DNA of 64,000 nt from Chara braunii (lineage: Eukaryota; Plantae; Charophyceae), in the NCBI GenBank assembly GCA_003427395.1, contig BFEA01000013.1, positions 527,326 through 591,325 on the forward strand, read 5' to 3'. The position numbers and the translations under genes are program-made. This document shows, one piece after another, positions 51,237-64,000 of the stretch. The notes under the pieces were generated by a model. That model was not told the origin of the DNA, did no database searches, and saw nothing but the letters and a program-made list of their open reading frames with translations. The stretch's first letter is position 1. Each line of letters starts with the position of its first letter.

Positions 51237-54200
51237 NNNNNNNNNNNNNNNNNNNNNNNNNNNNNNNNNNNNNNNNNNNNNNNNNNNNNNNNNNNNNNNN
51301 NNNNNNNNNNNNNNNNNNNNNNNNNNNNNNNNNNNNNNNNNNNNNNNNNNNNNNNNNNNNNNNNNNNNNNNNNNNNNNNNNNNNNNNNNNNNNNNNNNNN
51401 NNNNNNNNNNNNNNNNNNNNNNNNNNNNNNNNNNNNNNNNNNNNNNNNNNNNNNNNNNNNNNNNNNNNNNNNNNNNNNNNNNNNNNNNNNNNNNNNNNNN
51501 NNNNNNNNNNNNNNNNNNNNNNNNNNNNNNNNNNNNNNNNNNNNNNNNNNNTGAGGCGAGAGACATACCTGGTGCTGGAAGCGTGCGACATTGGTCGCTG
51601 TATGCTCGAACTTTGGGAAAGTTGTTGTCGTCATCATGCGACATTGTAGTCTAGGCTAGATAGGATCTGCTATCTGTAGTCTGGGCGCCGAGCGCCAGAT
51701 AGGATATCAACATTGGTTCTTCATTGATGATGATGATGAGACTTTACCAGCATTGTCAATTTTGAGTTCTTGTTGTCTTCTTATTTGGTGAAACTCGTCA
51801 TGCAATTCTGTTGTTGGTTCGAGGTCACAAATATCTGGTATTATGTATATGATGCTGTTTGATTGCTGAAGTTCGCTATTACTCATCTTCCTTGCATTGA
51901 TTGATTGGTATTTTTATTTTTATTTTTATTATTATTGTTATTATTATTAGTAAAAATTAGACTCGCTTTCATTCACACTTCTCATACATGCAAACAGGCT
52001 GCACAGCGAACCGGCGTCAAGCGCCCACTCAGATCTCAGAGATATGGTAACCAAGAACATAGTTTAGAGTCAAGATCAGTTCAATAGATGTGGTGACTTA
52101 GCGCCCACAAAACCCTCCCTGTTCGTATACACAGGATCATCTTTGATATCCCATATGCGATACTCTGAACGCACACACTCACTCACACTCTGAACTCTAA
52201 TTACAGTTGTGGCGGCTATGACCGCTACTACCCTATCGTTATGGCTAAGCTTCTCTCTTGCACGCTTCGTCCACGGGCTCGCTACAGACCACCTCGCGCA
52301 AGTCGCTTATGACAGCGCTTCCGCACGACCCTCGCAGTAAAGAATGAATGACCGAGCGCTGCCTTTTGATTTATACTTCTGCTGCTCGTTGGTCTGACTC
52401 TTTCCCATGCCCGTAGTGCGCACAATCCCATGCGGCATTTGCTTGACTGGACCAGGACTGACTGGGGACTGGGACTGTTGACTCAGCACGGGTAGACTCT
52501 GCCACTTGCCCACTTGCCTCACCCATGTGTGTGTACGAGAGTGTAAGTGTAAGTAAAGTAAGAGAGGGAGACATAGATGGTGCAAGCATGCATGTGTGTT
52601 TGTGTGAGTAAAGGAGTGGGAATAGATAAACAGAAGCAGACAGACAAAGACAAGACAGACGGCCACAGACAGATAAACAGAACAGACAAACAAGACAGAA
52701 ATAGACAAGATAAAGAGAGAGAAAGAGAATACCGGGAGAGGCTTGTGAAAATGCACACTTGAAGGTAGAGGAAAAAAAAGAAAAAGGAGAATGAGAGGAA
52801 GAAGGAGGAAGACGAAGGGAAAGAGTCAGACACAGTCAAATACACAGTCTGACAGATGGTCAGACACACAATCGAACACACAATCAGACAAACGCAGGTT
52901 GGTCTCTTAGGTGCACGTGGCACCTGTGTGTTGACTATCGAGGTTGTGGCTGATTGCGAGAGACAGGCCCGAGGCTTGAGACGACGATGTTGTCTGAAAT
53001 CTGCATGTACTTCAACAAGCAGTTGACGTCATGCGTGGCATTGTAGTTTGTGGATTTGCCATCTGTAGTTCGGGCGCCGAGCGCCAGATAGGATACGACG
53101 TTGGTTCATTGTTGATGACGATGAGACTATTCGAGCACTGCCACTTGTAAGTGTTTGCTGTGCTCATACTTGAAGGAATTCGTACTGCAAATCGGTTGTT
53201 GGATCGAGGTCACGATTATCTGGTCTCATGTATAGGATGCTGTAGATTCGCGGTCGATAATATTTTTCTTGCATTTTGTGTGATTTAATTATTGTTGTTA
53301 ATGATTGATTGGTATTATTGTTATTATTATTATTATTATTACTATTATTATTATTGCGGACAGACTCACTTTCATTCCCACATCGCATACATATAAACAG
53401 ATGGTGATTCAAACTAGTGCACAACACCCACACCAAGCTTAGAGATAAGGCAACTTAGAACACAGTCTGGAAGCAACTCGCTTCAAACAGGTTGTGAACA
53501 TCCCGACCCTCGTCATTGAATTTAACACCACTGTTCGCTCACCCTCCAACTCTGAATCACCTGGGATTCCACATGCACACACTCCTATCTCTAGCTACGG
53601 CAGCTATGGCTGCGCTGATTCTCCTTCAGGCCACTTCGACTTCGGGCGCATCTGCAGACCACATTGCGCAAGTCACTGCGGCAACACTTTCGTATGGCTT
53701 CCGCATGAAAGAATCAGAGACTGAGCGTTGCCACTTGATTTATAATTTTGTATCTCATTGGTCTGCCTCTTTCCATCGGCCCATGGTGCACACAGACCCT
53801 TATGGTGCTTGCTGAGCTGGACTGGGACTGACTGGGTTAGTACCGATGGTTGCATGGGTTTGCACTACCACATCGACGCAGTCGCACAACAAATGTAATG
53901 CAGTAAAGGCTGTAGCAGCTACGACCTCGACCCTGACCGAAATCTTACAACTATAACCCCGACTGCAGAATTTTACCCATGCACGACACAGACAGACACA
54001 TATCTAGACAGGGACAGATAGACGAACAGACAATCGGCTGCAGACAAACAAATTGACAGCCAGGCATGGACACACAAACAAACGGATAGATGCACAAAGA
54101 GAGGGAAAAACAGCGAGATAAAACTTACCTGGCAGTAGCCTACACGAGTCAACACCTTCATTTAATTCCAGTTCTACTAAAGACATCAATTGTATGCATT

Positions 54201-54407
54201 GTTTATTCGTAGGCCGCTTGAGCATGATATAGGAGATGGAGAGCTTTGGAATATGTTCGTCAGGTGATGACGAGTGTGAGCTCTCACGAACACTCGGATT
54301 GAGTATTGAGTATGCTCTCATTGATACTTGGACTCAGTGTATTGTGCGATATCTGTTACCACGATTATCACTATATTAATTATTACTATTATTATTATTA
54401 TTGTGAC

Positions 54408-54454
<47 letters not shown>

Positions 54455-54555
54455 GTGATTGTCTTGATTGTTTTTCTATTGCCATTTTTGAAAACATCAG
54501 GGGTGGAGCAGGGGTCAGCAAGGAAGAGAGTGAAGGGCACTGGAAAAGAGAAAGA

Positions 54556-55118
54556 CATTATTACCGTGTGATAGTACCGGGCTCCTCCATTCCCCTCCAT
54601 TCTTATCCTTGGTTGATCCTCTCGGACACCTACCTTCTCAACTATAAAAGTTTGATAATGACTTCCACTTAGATCATCACGGTTTTTGCTAACCTTAAAG
54701 GCCCGAACGTTGCAACCCTCATCCATCAAAAAACTTGAGGCAAACAGAGACCCGAATTGATCCGAAATCGAGAGTTCCTCCGGCCTGAAAGCTTGTCTGG
54801 GTACCTGCGCACCACAAGTAAGTGTATCGAACCGAGGTCCTTGACGCGGTACCTTGGGCTCTACAAATGACTTTGACCTTTGAATTTCCTGTGAGCAGCG
54901 TTTGGTTTAGACATAGACGCTGGGCGTCGGACCAAAGAGATCACTTTTACTATATTAGTGTGGCTCACTACTCCATTGTATTGCTCAACGTGGATGGATA
55001 CTCGGTGTATTTATACTCTATGCTCATGCAAGATTACTCAAACATCCATCAGACACGCAACTTGGTGTTTTGTATATCGCCCACAATCCTATTATTATTA
55101 CTATCATTATTATTATTA

Positions 55119-55203
<85 letters not shown>

Positions 55204-57735
55204 TTGCTGGTTATTAGATATTTATGATTGATACTTATATCTTAGGGCATCAGGGGTTAGAAATGGAGGGGATGTGAGACATTGGAGAGGAGAAAGATGT
55301 CGTCACCGTGTGACGACATCTACCTCCTTCACCCTTCTCCCTTCTCCTTTGGTCTGAACCCCTCAGTTTTTATTTCTTTCTCCATATTTGTCCAAGATTA
55401 TTGCGATGATTATTGTTGTTATTAAACATCAGTCTGCAACTCTTTATTGATTGACAATGAGGGAAGTGGGGGGAAATCAGGTTGAAAAAAAAGGGAGTAC
55501 TGGAGAGGAGAACTACATCGTCACCGTGTGACGGGATCTACCTCCTCCTTCCGTTTCCGTCTCTCTCATTCCCTTAGTTATCACAACTCTTTGGAATGAT
55601 ATAAATCTCATAAAAGTAAAAATCTACTCTATGAAAAAAGTGTGATCAAACGGTTGGATGAAACATGGCGATTGCGGGAGCTCTATCGGAGTTCAGGAGG
55701 AACTCTGGAGGCCAGGAACCATAAGGTACGCATGACTCGCTCCCTTCCCATATCCCTTACTAGTTATGACTCTCTATTATACTGCATGAGTGAAAGTATG
55801 CTATAAGGTCTTCTTGTTTCCTTAAGGAGTAAAACTTTTCAGAGAGAGGTGAATGAACGTATGATTGAAGTAAGCATCTTGCCTGATGTCACGAAGGAAC
55901 TTAGGAGGACTGAAAAGGAACTTGGTCTGCTTGGTTCTGAAACATAAGACCGTGTGATGGAGACTCCCGTGGGGTCATCACACTGTTTGCATGAGCTGAC
56001 TAAAATGGATGACGGGGTACTTGCCGTGAAAAGTTACCCTGCCATTCATCTGACTAAAGTGACAATTTGATGAAATGTTTGTTTGATTTTGACATTGGTG
56101 ACGAGAAGCTGCCGTGCAGTTTCCTTGTTACCTTACAAGCTAGATCTAAGGGGTAATCCGGTACTCACGTGGAGTACATGTCTTTAACGACTAACAAAAG
56201 CAAAGGTGGTAGGCGGCTCCCGTGGGGCTCTCCTATCACAAGATCTGACCAAACTTGGAAAGAAACTTAGTAGTCACCGTGTGAGTACACGAATCCGTAA
56301 GTCTGGGTCGATCTGTTCGACTTCCCGTGGAAGTCAACATACCTTTTGCTCATTTACGATGCATAAGCCAGGTAGGTGAATTGTCGGGACGATTCAAACA
56401 AGAGTTGTTTTGACTAATTTCCTGTGCATCAAACTGGTAGTAGGGTAACTCCCGGGAGGGTCATCCTAATACTTGTTTGATCTGGGGATTAACTAATAGG
56501 GGAAATAAATGAGGTGATTGTGTTTGGGCAGTAAAAGGATACTCTCGGGTGAGTAACCCTACTACTTGTTTGAGTATAATTGATGGATGGCATGATTGAT
56601 TACTAACGGCCTATTTATTTAACATTGAAGCAGAAAATGAGAGGCTCCCGCGGGATCATCCTATTGCTTGCTTGAATCTATCTCAACAAGTCTGATAAGA
56701 TACTCCAGCAAAGAGAGGATCTAGTGTTTGTCCGAGTCTGCTTACATAATCCTAGCTCGTCTGACTCTGAGAAAGTAGTAGGGTGACTCCTGTAGGGTCA
56801 TCCTAAGCAGACATTATGGCGCTCGCCCCCTATGCGGGACTGGATCACAAACCCATCGAGCTAACCCTATGCTTCGACAAATACGTCACTAAAGGAGCCA
56901 ACTTTCATAAACTCAACAACTCCTCACTCTTAAGCCAGACTTTGGAGAAAGGAGTGCTGGACTAATTCTAGAGGCTTGTTTCTCGAGGGCCAAGATAGAT
57001 GGAAATGGTTTCGAGATAGCTATCTTTCACTATCGCAATCAGTTACCCACATATCCCCAAAACTGGCTAATGATCGCAGGCAAAGGAAGCAATATCTGGA
57101 AATGGCTATGAAGATCGCTGAGGCCAATCTTACAAGCGACCCCTACTCGCCCCAATACACAGCCACTCTAGAACAAGCAAGAGAGGGGCTGTCACTGTGG
57201 AGAATGTGGGAACTTAAGGGTCTTCAGGTAAGGGCAAGAATGATTGACTACGGACTAAATGAGTCAACTTCCGTGAAGACCACCTATTTCTAACTTGAAT
57301 TCCATATTGATACCTGAATCTGAAATGTGTTTGGACATGAGAACAAGAGTTGAGATGCTTCGACAAGGTCTTCTGAACTACTTGTTGTAACTAATAAAGG
57401 GATACTCCCCTGTGACTTATTCCGTCGCTTGAATAAAATTGCTTGAACTGCTTGGTTGCATGAGGACTGTATGAACTTTTAAGAATGGAGTGCTCCCGTG
57501 GGGCTACTCGACTACTCCTTTGACTAATCGTTTTCGCTCGGAATAGATCACGTAGTGGAAGATTCCCGGGTGAGTCAACCCATTACTTGTGTATGTTGGG
57601 ACAAGAAGAAGAGAAAAGAAAAATGAAGTGCTCCTGCGGGAGCGACTCTAAAAGTCATAGAAAAAGCAGAATAAAAAGTAAAATACCGCGGGAGAAGAAA
57701 AATTAAAAAAGAAGAAGCTCCGCGTAGACTCATTT
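54556..57735 (+). repeat. CCGTG-loop hairpin array (copy B)
   Basis: Examples: gatgtcgtca-CCGTG-tgacgacatc, aagctg-CCGTG-cagttt, gacttc-CCGTG-gaagtc, gctcc-TGCG-ggagc. Confidence 0.7.
56806..57267 (+). pseudogene. LINE (L1/Tx1-type) ORF2 fragment: endonuclease C-terminus and linker
   Basis: LDHKPIEL (SDHxP motif), KGANFHKLNNSSLL and KGLQVRARMIDYGLNE. Not present in copy A. Confidence 0.75.
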
Positions 57736-59211
57736 AAACTCCTAAGGGAGAAACCGCCACTGACATGAGTTGATCTCAGCTAGAATACCGCATAAGCACG
57801 AAAGAGTGTACGTATCCACATGAGAGAAAAATGTAAGGACTGAGAGGAAGGGGAAATATGAGTTCGCTAAGACAACTTAGGACAGAGGCAAAAGACTCCT
57901 TGAACAAAAGGAGGAAGAGTGAAAGACGACTTAGGGTAGGTAGAAGCTAAGGGGATAGACTTAAGGATGTTGATCCCAGAAGCACACAGACGAGATCTAA
58001 GGGTTTGACCCTTAGATATCTGCATGTGGGAAATCAAGTGGGGGTGTTGAATCTTTGTTGACCTGTGTGTGTGCAGGTCCATGTTTTGATCTACTGCAAT
58101 TGAAGGAGAAGTCCTACAAAGAGGACTCAAATTTTCTGTTATCTCTCGACAACAGGTCGGTCGTTGCCGACTGAACTTTTCTCCTTGACTTGATACCCAC
58201 GTCTAAAGTCAAACCCTGTGGTCAGTAAAACTGTCACCTGTGGTCATTGCCTAAATGATCCTAGTCACTCTCAGAGGTCCTTTGAAAAAATGTGAGGGGG
58301 TTGGGCCTACATCTTAGGAAAGATAGAACTGTCATACATAGTTTGGGAAGTGAGGGACAATGTTTAAGGTGCGGATTGATGGCTGACGCCGTTAGTGCGT
58401 GGCATGTGGATTGTTTTTGCATCATTCTGTGCAGGTCTGTTTTGTTCGTGATTTTGGGATTGAAGTGAACCTGATCTGTTGACGAGTCTTGGACACACAA
58501 CACTTGCAAAAGTGGGAAGGGTTCTCAGCGGTAATACCTCCATATACATTCTTATATAACTTCTATGTTATCTGATGTTCAACCATAAGTTGAGTAGAGT
58601 AAAATGCCCTTGGTAGTGACATGATTTGATTGGTACTTTGATCGTAGTGGTTAGAAGAATAATATGTTCTGGGAGCAAAAACGGAAATAGACAGTCTTCT
58701 GAAAGTTCGACTTGAATATCTAACGGGTAAGTTTCAAGCGTCTTATCACGCGTACCCTATTTTGTGCTACAGCGATCGAGCAAACGCCCTCGACCGACCT
58801 ACCTCCACACAGGCATGTAAAAGCCTTCGCACGTGGGTCGGTAGCTCAACAGGGATACGCCTACCTAAGGGTGGTGACAGCCCCTTGGGTAAAGGTAAGT
58901 TGTACCTCGCGATGTCCCGACCTATCGCAGGGCGTCGTGAGAGGTGTAGCACGCGCGCATGGTCAGAGTGGAGATCGGTTCTTTTCAAACAAAACATCCT
59001 GTGTGACACGACCGTGAAATTTAGCGCTCCCCATCAGGGCGCGGGACCGCCGCGCGCGACAGCGGTAGCCGAAATGGAGGCCTAGAGGTCCTCGTCGAGC
59101 CTGCCTTCACTTAGGGCGGCCAACGTGCTGCTAAAAAGGGTATGAAAGGGGCTCATAGAGGTTGTGGCCTCGCATTCCATCCTCCATAGCTTCAACAGTC
59201 CTTTGAGAAGC

Positions 59212-59352
59212 TTAGTCTTCAATCATCGAACGCTTTCCCTTCTCCAGAGATCTCTCATAGTGGGCTACAACTTGTGGAGCGGTCTGCATAAGTTCCTCCC
59301 TCGTGAACCAGTGGTCCTCCTTGAGATCAGTATGATGCTGGAACCGAACGTG
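59212..59352 (-). pseudogene. C-terminal half of a Ty3 chromodomain
   Basis: HVRFQHHTDLKEDHWFTREELMQTAPQVVAHYE...*. Homologous to RVIFRRYMDPKEDQWFTR at 165..220. Confidence 0.8.
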
Positions 59353-59353
59353 G

Positions 59354-61025
59354 TGTCGGACCAAATACCCTTACAAGGGTATTTGGCAATGCTTTTGCAT
59401 TCGACATGGCGACAGCATCGGCTTCCGTGACGGGGCCGGTTTGGAATGAAAAGGGTGTGCTTGCTTTGGCGTGACACTCAAAACGAATTCCCCGGCCATT
59501 GAGGCCAGGGCAAATCGGTGAGAAACTTTCGAACGTATGCACGTGCGTTGTTATGGTATGTGTTGTGATGGTTAGGATCGACAGTAGTACCCTCTGACTG
59601 AGAAGGTCGAAGGGTTGATTGGGTTAGTGTTGTGTCGGGTAGATCTACGACACGCGCTGAGACTTGGGCTGGTATATCTGTCTACCTACCGATACTGGAC
59701 GTCTAAAAAAAAAAAAAATGCCAGTTTTTGTCGTCCTCTACTCGGCCTCCGAGTCGGGTACTCGACACATCTACCTCTACGTGGTGTGGTACCGGCCTAC
59801 CTGCTACTTGAGTGTTGTCCGTTGCTCTTAAGTGTCGCAGGCTTCTTCCCCCGCCGCTTGAGTGTTTTCCCCGCAGTGACCCTCAATGTCATGGCTACAG
59901 GTAAGTACCGGCCTTCGGGCCTTCCGGTTAACCAAGTACCCTTACGGATCACACACACACTCAAGCCGATAAGCACTCAGACAGGCTGTAACTACTAACT
60001 CTAATTAACTTCAATCTAGAGGTCACCACCGACTCACCGGTTCAAGCCCCGGCCGACTGAACCCGGGTGAAACTGTTGTGGAACTCCTTGATAAAAGGAG
60101 TTAGCTCAGGGGTCTGCTAAATTGGTTCCCTGTATCCATCGCTTGACAACCCGAACCTAAACCTACTGAGCTAGCTCCTACTCTTGTCAAGAGAGGAACC
60201 GCTCAGGTATATGTAGAGTATTGGGGTTCAGCCCACCTAGTGGCCCGAGCTCGCTCTTGAGTTTGTGCGTGTGCACGTTGGTAGTTAGATTTTTAGATTT
60301 TGTTCTTTTCTTTTTAAATTTATTATTTTTCTTTATTATTGTTGAGTTAATTTCCTTTTCTTTTTTTTTCGCGTGAAACATATTTCTTACCTTAGTGTTT
60401 TTGCCCCGAGTTTCGGGCAAGTTCGTTCTCGGAAAGAATCCCGATCCCACAACGATCTCGTTTTGCTGGGTCTACCCACGACACGGTGAAGATCGCTATC
60501 GTGGAAGAGTGAGTCACCGCGAGCAAGAGGCGACCGACGAACGAGCGGAAAACAACGAAGGGCGCACACATGAGAGAAAAAAGATGAAAAGCGCGGGGAA
60601 GGAAGAGGAAGAAGAAAAAGAGGGAGGAGAAGAAGGAGAAAAAGAAGAAGAAGAAGAACAACAAATGAGAAAGAAAGAGGGAGAGGGACAACTTACCTCA
60701 CTTGCGAACAATCCGGGCGTGCAGAGGGCGGAGTGCTTCGGAGACGAGCAGGAAGGAAGAGTTGCGTGGGGTGTAGTGGAGATGGCCGCGTGGAAAATGA
60801 TGAAATGCACGGGGAAGATGAAAGGAGGAGTAGCGGGAGAACGTAGAAGAAGAAGAAGAAGAAGAAGAAGAAGAAGAAGAAGAAGAAGGAGAAGAAGAAG
60901 AAGAAGGAAGGACGAAGAGAGAGCAGCACGAGGAGGTGCGCAGAGGGGGAAAGGTGATAACAACAAGGACGAAAGGCGACCGCGCGGAGGTAGCACGACT
61001 CGGGAGAGAATGCGCGCGGACCGAA
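59354..61025. mobile_element. Third, more diverged and truncated copy (C) of the TGTCGGA terminus/LTR
   Basis: TGTCGGACCAAATACCCTTACAAGGGTATTTG. Shared blocks acacatctacctctac and ggtaagtac.ggcc.ttcgggccttcc, then a GA-rich tract. Confidence 0.75.
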
Positions 61026-61029
61026 CCAC

Positions 61030-61720
61030 TCTCAGATTAGGTGTCAAAATTCGATATGTGACTACTTACCATCCACAAGCGAATGCACCTGTTGAAAGAG
61101 GTCACAAAACTTTGAAAGACTCATTGGCCAAGTGGTGTGAAGGAAATCTCAGTAATTGGCCAAAAGTATTAAGGGTTGTTGTCTATGCTGACAACATAAT
61201 AGTCAAGAGGACTACTGGCTATGCTCCATTTACTCTATCGTATGACTGATATGCTACATTGCCTATTGAGAACTTAGTCAAGACATGGTCAAGTCAAGAA
61301 CGTGACGGAGACTATTCTATTTCGGAACTCCTTCAGACCAGAATGAGGCAAATATCAGAGGTTGACCCGACAGTAATGGATGCTGCAGAGAGAATGACAT
61401 CCAACAGATTATCAGATCAAGAGAGATGGAACAAGAAAAGATATATAAGAAAAGAGAAACTGAAAGTTGGTGATGTTGTCCTTCTGTTCGATAGTTCTCT
61501 TGAGACTCAGTGGACTAAGCGGTTGGAGCCCAAATGGCTTGGTCCTTACAGAATCAGAGGAGAAGCAGAACGCAAAGTTTATGAGATTTCACAGATGGAT
61601 GGATCCATGGTTCATGACATGGTATCAGGGTCAAGACTCCGTAAGTTCTTTTTCAGAGACCCTGATCTGATCTCTACGGTGATCTCAAAGAGAGGAAAGA
61701 AAGACAAACCATCCAAGTGA
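61030..61720 (+). pseudogene. Ty3/Gypsy integrase C-terminal half with GPY/F motif
   Basis: TTYHPQANAPVERGH, TTGYAPF and LKVGDVVLL...PKWLGPYRI. One internal stop; 5' truncated. Confidence 0.88.
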
Positions 61721-61936
61721 GAGAACAGTTCCAGAGGACTGAGACAAAAATACAGTAAGACAATGAGACAGCAAGACCGGATTTTCAGCAGACTGTGATC
61801 GTTTTTTTTTGCGTGGTCAATTCAACATTTCAATTTTTCAGCATGTCATTTAATTTTCTGTTTCAGTAAGCAACGGAGTTAATAAGATTATATCCTTGAT
61901 GCAATGCTATAGTCGATCCATGAGCCTCAAGTCCCT

Positions 61937-63532
61937 GAGAGTGGGGGATAACTGTAAGATACAGTTTTTGTGAGTATTGACGCAGTGTCAAAGATTTGAG
62001 GAACTCATGGCTGTGGCACATCAGAGGATGTAATCAGAATTATTCTTTTGATAAAAAGAAAAACATGATGGCCATAAAGAAGTTCAGTTCTGTTTGATCG
62101 AGAGTTGTCAGCAGAAGAACTTCGTGTTTCTGACTAAGTTGTCCATCCAAGAAATTCAGATGAGGACAGGCATAAAGAAGTCCAACTTTACTTGACTGAG
62201 AGTTGTAAGTAGAGGGACTTCGTGTTTCTTAGCTAAGTTGTCTGTCTTCACTCAGATGGGGGAAGAGACCTCTCTGAGATCAACATTTCAGCATTTCCTT
62301 GGGACCGACGGGACGTCTCTTGGAAAAAAAATTCCCAGTTGAGGGCAGGGATCTCTCTGGGGCCAACACTGAGCATTCTTCTTGAGGCTGAAGGGAGGTC
62401 TCTGGTAAGGGTTTGGTGCTGGTTATCATGTTGCTGTTCAGTGCCTCTTGAGACTGAAGTGACGTCTCTTGAGAAATGTTTGTCCTATAATGGGTTATGA
62501 TGTGCTCGCCTGATTGTTTGTGCAAGAGATTTTCTTCCCTAACCTAAAGATGCGTTGATTGCAGGGGTCAGCCAGAGCCTTACCGCAGTAGGTTGCAAAC
62601 TGGTGGGGTCAACAGGTCCCCGACGCGAGTGTCGAATTCCGTCGTCGACTGAGGCTAAGACTCTGGGGGTCTGACCTTTGAGGTCAAAAGGGGTCAGCTG
62701 AAACTCTACCGCAGTCAGAGGATGCAATCCAGTTAGGTTCGCCAGAGCCTGGAACAGTGGTTAGACCGGGTCCCACGTTCAAAATTTTGGGCGGGGCAGC
62801 CAACGCCCTTGGCAAAAAACTGGTGGGCGAGCCGGTCCCTGACCGCAGTGGTCAAATCCGGGTTCGGGACAGTTTGACTGACAGGACGTCTACTCTCATA
62901 GGGTGACCAGACCCGCATTAGTCTGGGTGTCCTTGCGAGAGTGCCATAGGGCTGCCATACTCGAGTAGTGGGTATGCCAGTCCTGACCTGGAGGCAGGTC
63001 AAAGGGGCTGTTAAGACAAATGGTCTGACTAGTCCTGAGCTAAGGCGGACCGAATGAGGTATGTCAAATTGACGGAACGTCTGTCATTTCTGGCCAGTGG
63101 TGGGCCAAAACCAATCAATAACTCTTGGTATGAAGAACTGTCATGTGACGTCTGTTATCATTTTATTATTTGTATTATTTTATTATTTTATTTTATTGTG
63201 GGTTTTATTTTTTTTACTTGTTGCTTGGCTGATAATTGTCGGGGAGCCTGCTTGCTGGGGCATAGCTTGTTGTCTGTGGGACTCGCTGTTTTACAGGTAT
63301 ATAAATATTTATATGAAGCTCCCAGACCAGAGAGAAGAAAATGGGTTTGGTATCCCCTTCCTTTTATCTAAGAAGTTGAGGAGACACCTCACTTAGACCA
63401 GAGAAAGAAAACAGGGTCTGGTATCCCCTGAGTCACTTGAGAAGTTGAGAAGATATCTCACTCAAGCCAGAGAGCAGAAAACAGGGTTTGGTATGTCCTA
63501 CTCCCAGCGTGGCAGACTGGACAAGTGTCACA
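61937..63532 (+). repeat. Putative PPT (GAGAGTGGGGGA) and LTR (TGTAAG at 61953 ... TCACA at 63532)
   Basis: Purine tract 200 bp after the integrase stop, TGT...ACA termini, and internal repeats of about 98 bp and about 71 bp. Confidence 0.45.
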
Positions 63533-64000
63533 AGTATTGGTATCCGACTGACAATATTTCGATTTTTCAGCCAAGGTGAAGGTTAAGGTAACCTTTCCCT
63601 GCCATAAAGTTCAGATTGAGAACAAATCTCAGAATAACAAGATGTTAGAACCGGCAGCAAACAAGAAAATGAAAACATAATCCTTCTTAAATTTATTTCG
63701 TGGCCGACAAGCGGCCTGGTTCACGAGAAATTTGCATCCCCGGCCTCAAGGTGTTCAAACTCTCAAGCCAGGGACACTATGAGTGATGCATGAGCCGATA
63801 ATTTTCAAAAAAAAAAAAAAAAAAAAAAGATTCAGAAAGTTGAAAATGAATCATGCTTATACAAGATATAGAGGATTATCATGAGCTCAAACTAAAGCAA
63901 AGAGAGAAGAAAGAAGATGCAGAAAAGAGGGCAGTTTTTGGGATGAGAAGGGGGAGAGACTACACAGGGATTGGGAGGTGAAGCAACTTGCACTAAAGCC

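Larger units (their letters stand above)
46603..57830. mobile_element. Giant LTR-terminated unit, copy B
   Basis: Same TGTCGGAGC terminus with a different flank. Collinear with copy A to 57575. Carries extra MITE and LINE-fragment insertions. The right boundary is uncertain. Confidence 0.75.

Noticed and set aside
60395-61030. Long charged N-terminus fused to integrase (284-aa ORF)
   Set aside because: Translation of a GA-rich LTR tract and (GAA)n joined to a truncated integrase; not a real gene.

Overview
This is eukaryotic, repeat-dominated DNA with four N-gaps. It is most likely from a streptophyte alga such as Chara; that is an inference from the plant-type EF-1alpha, the chromodomain Ty3 elements and the microsatellite style. 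There is one intact host gene: EF-1alpha (24417..25763, minus strand), with an intronless CDS and a predicted 5'UTR intron. It sits in a sea of nested, decayed mobile DNA. On the left (1-10.5 kb) is a chromodomain-bearing Ty3/Gypsy element with two different LTRs, a PBS and a PPT. Two AT-rich islands of decayed ORFs lie at 14-17.7 kb and 29.6-31.6 kb. Three head-to-tail copies of a giant LTR-terminated unit start with TGTCGGA at 33708, 46603 and 59354. A Ty3 integrase remnant with PPT and LTR lies at the right end. MITEs, a satellite and a tRNA-like SINE head are scattered through the window. The most unusual signal is inside the giant unit: about 18 stem-loops with unrelated, co-varying stems but a conserved CCGTG-type loop. 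In one copy a LINE fragment has replaced the spacer between two of these hairpins. In the other copy two paralogous, unrecognised, splice-acceptor-preceded ORFs follow the array. All identities and translations were estimated by eye; no searches were run.
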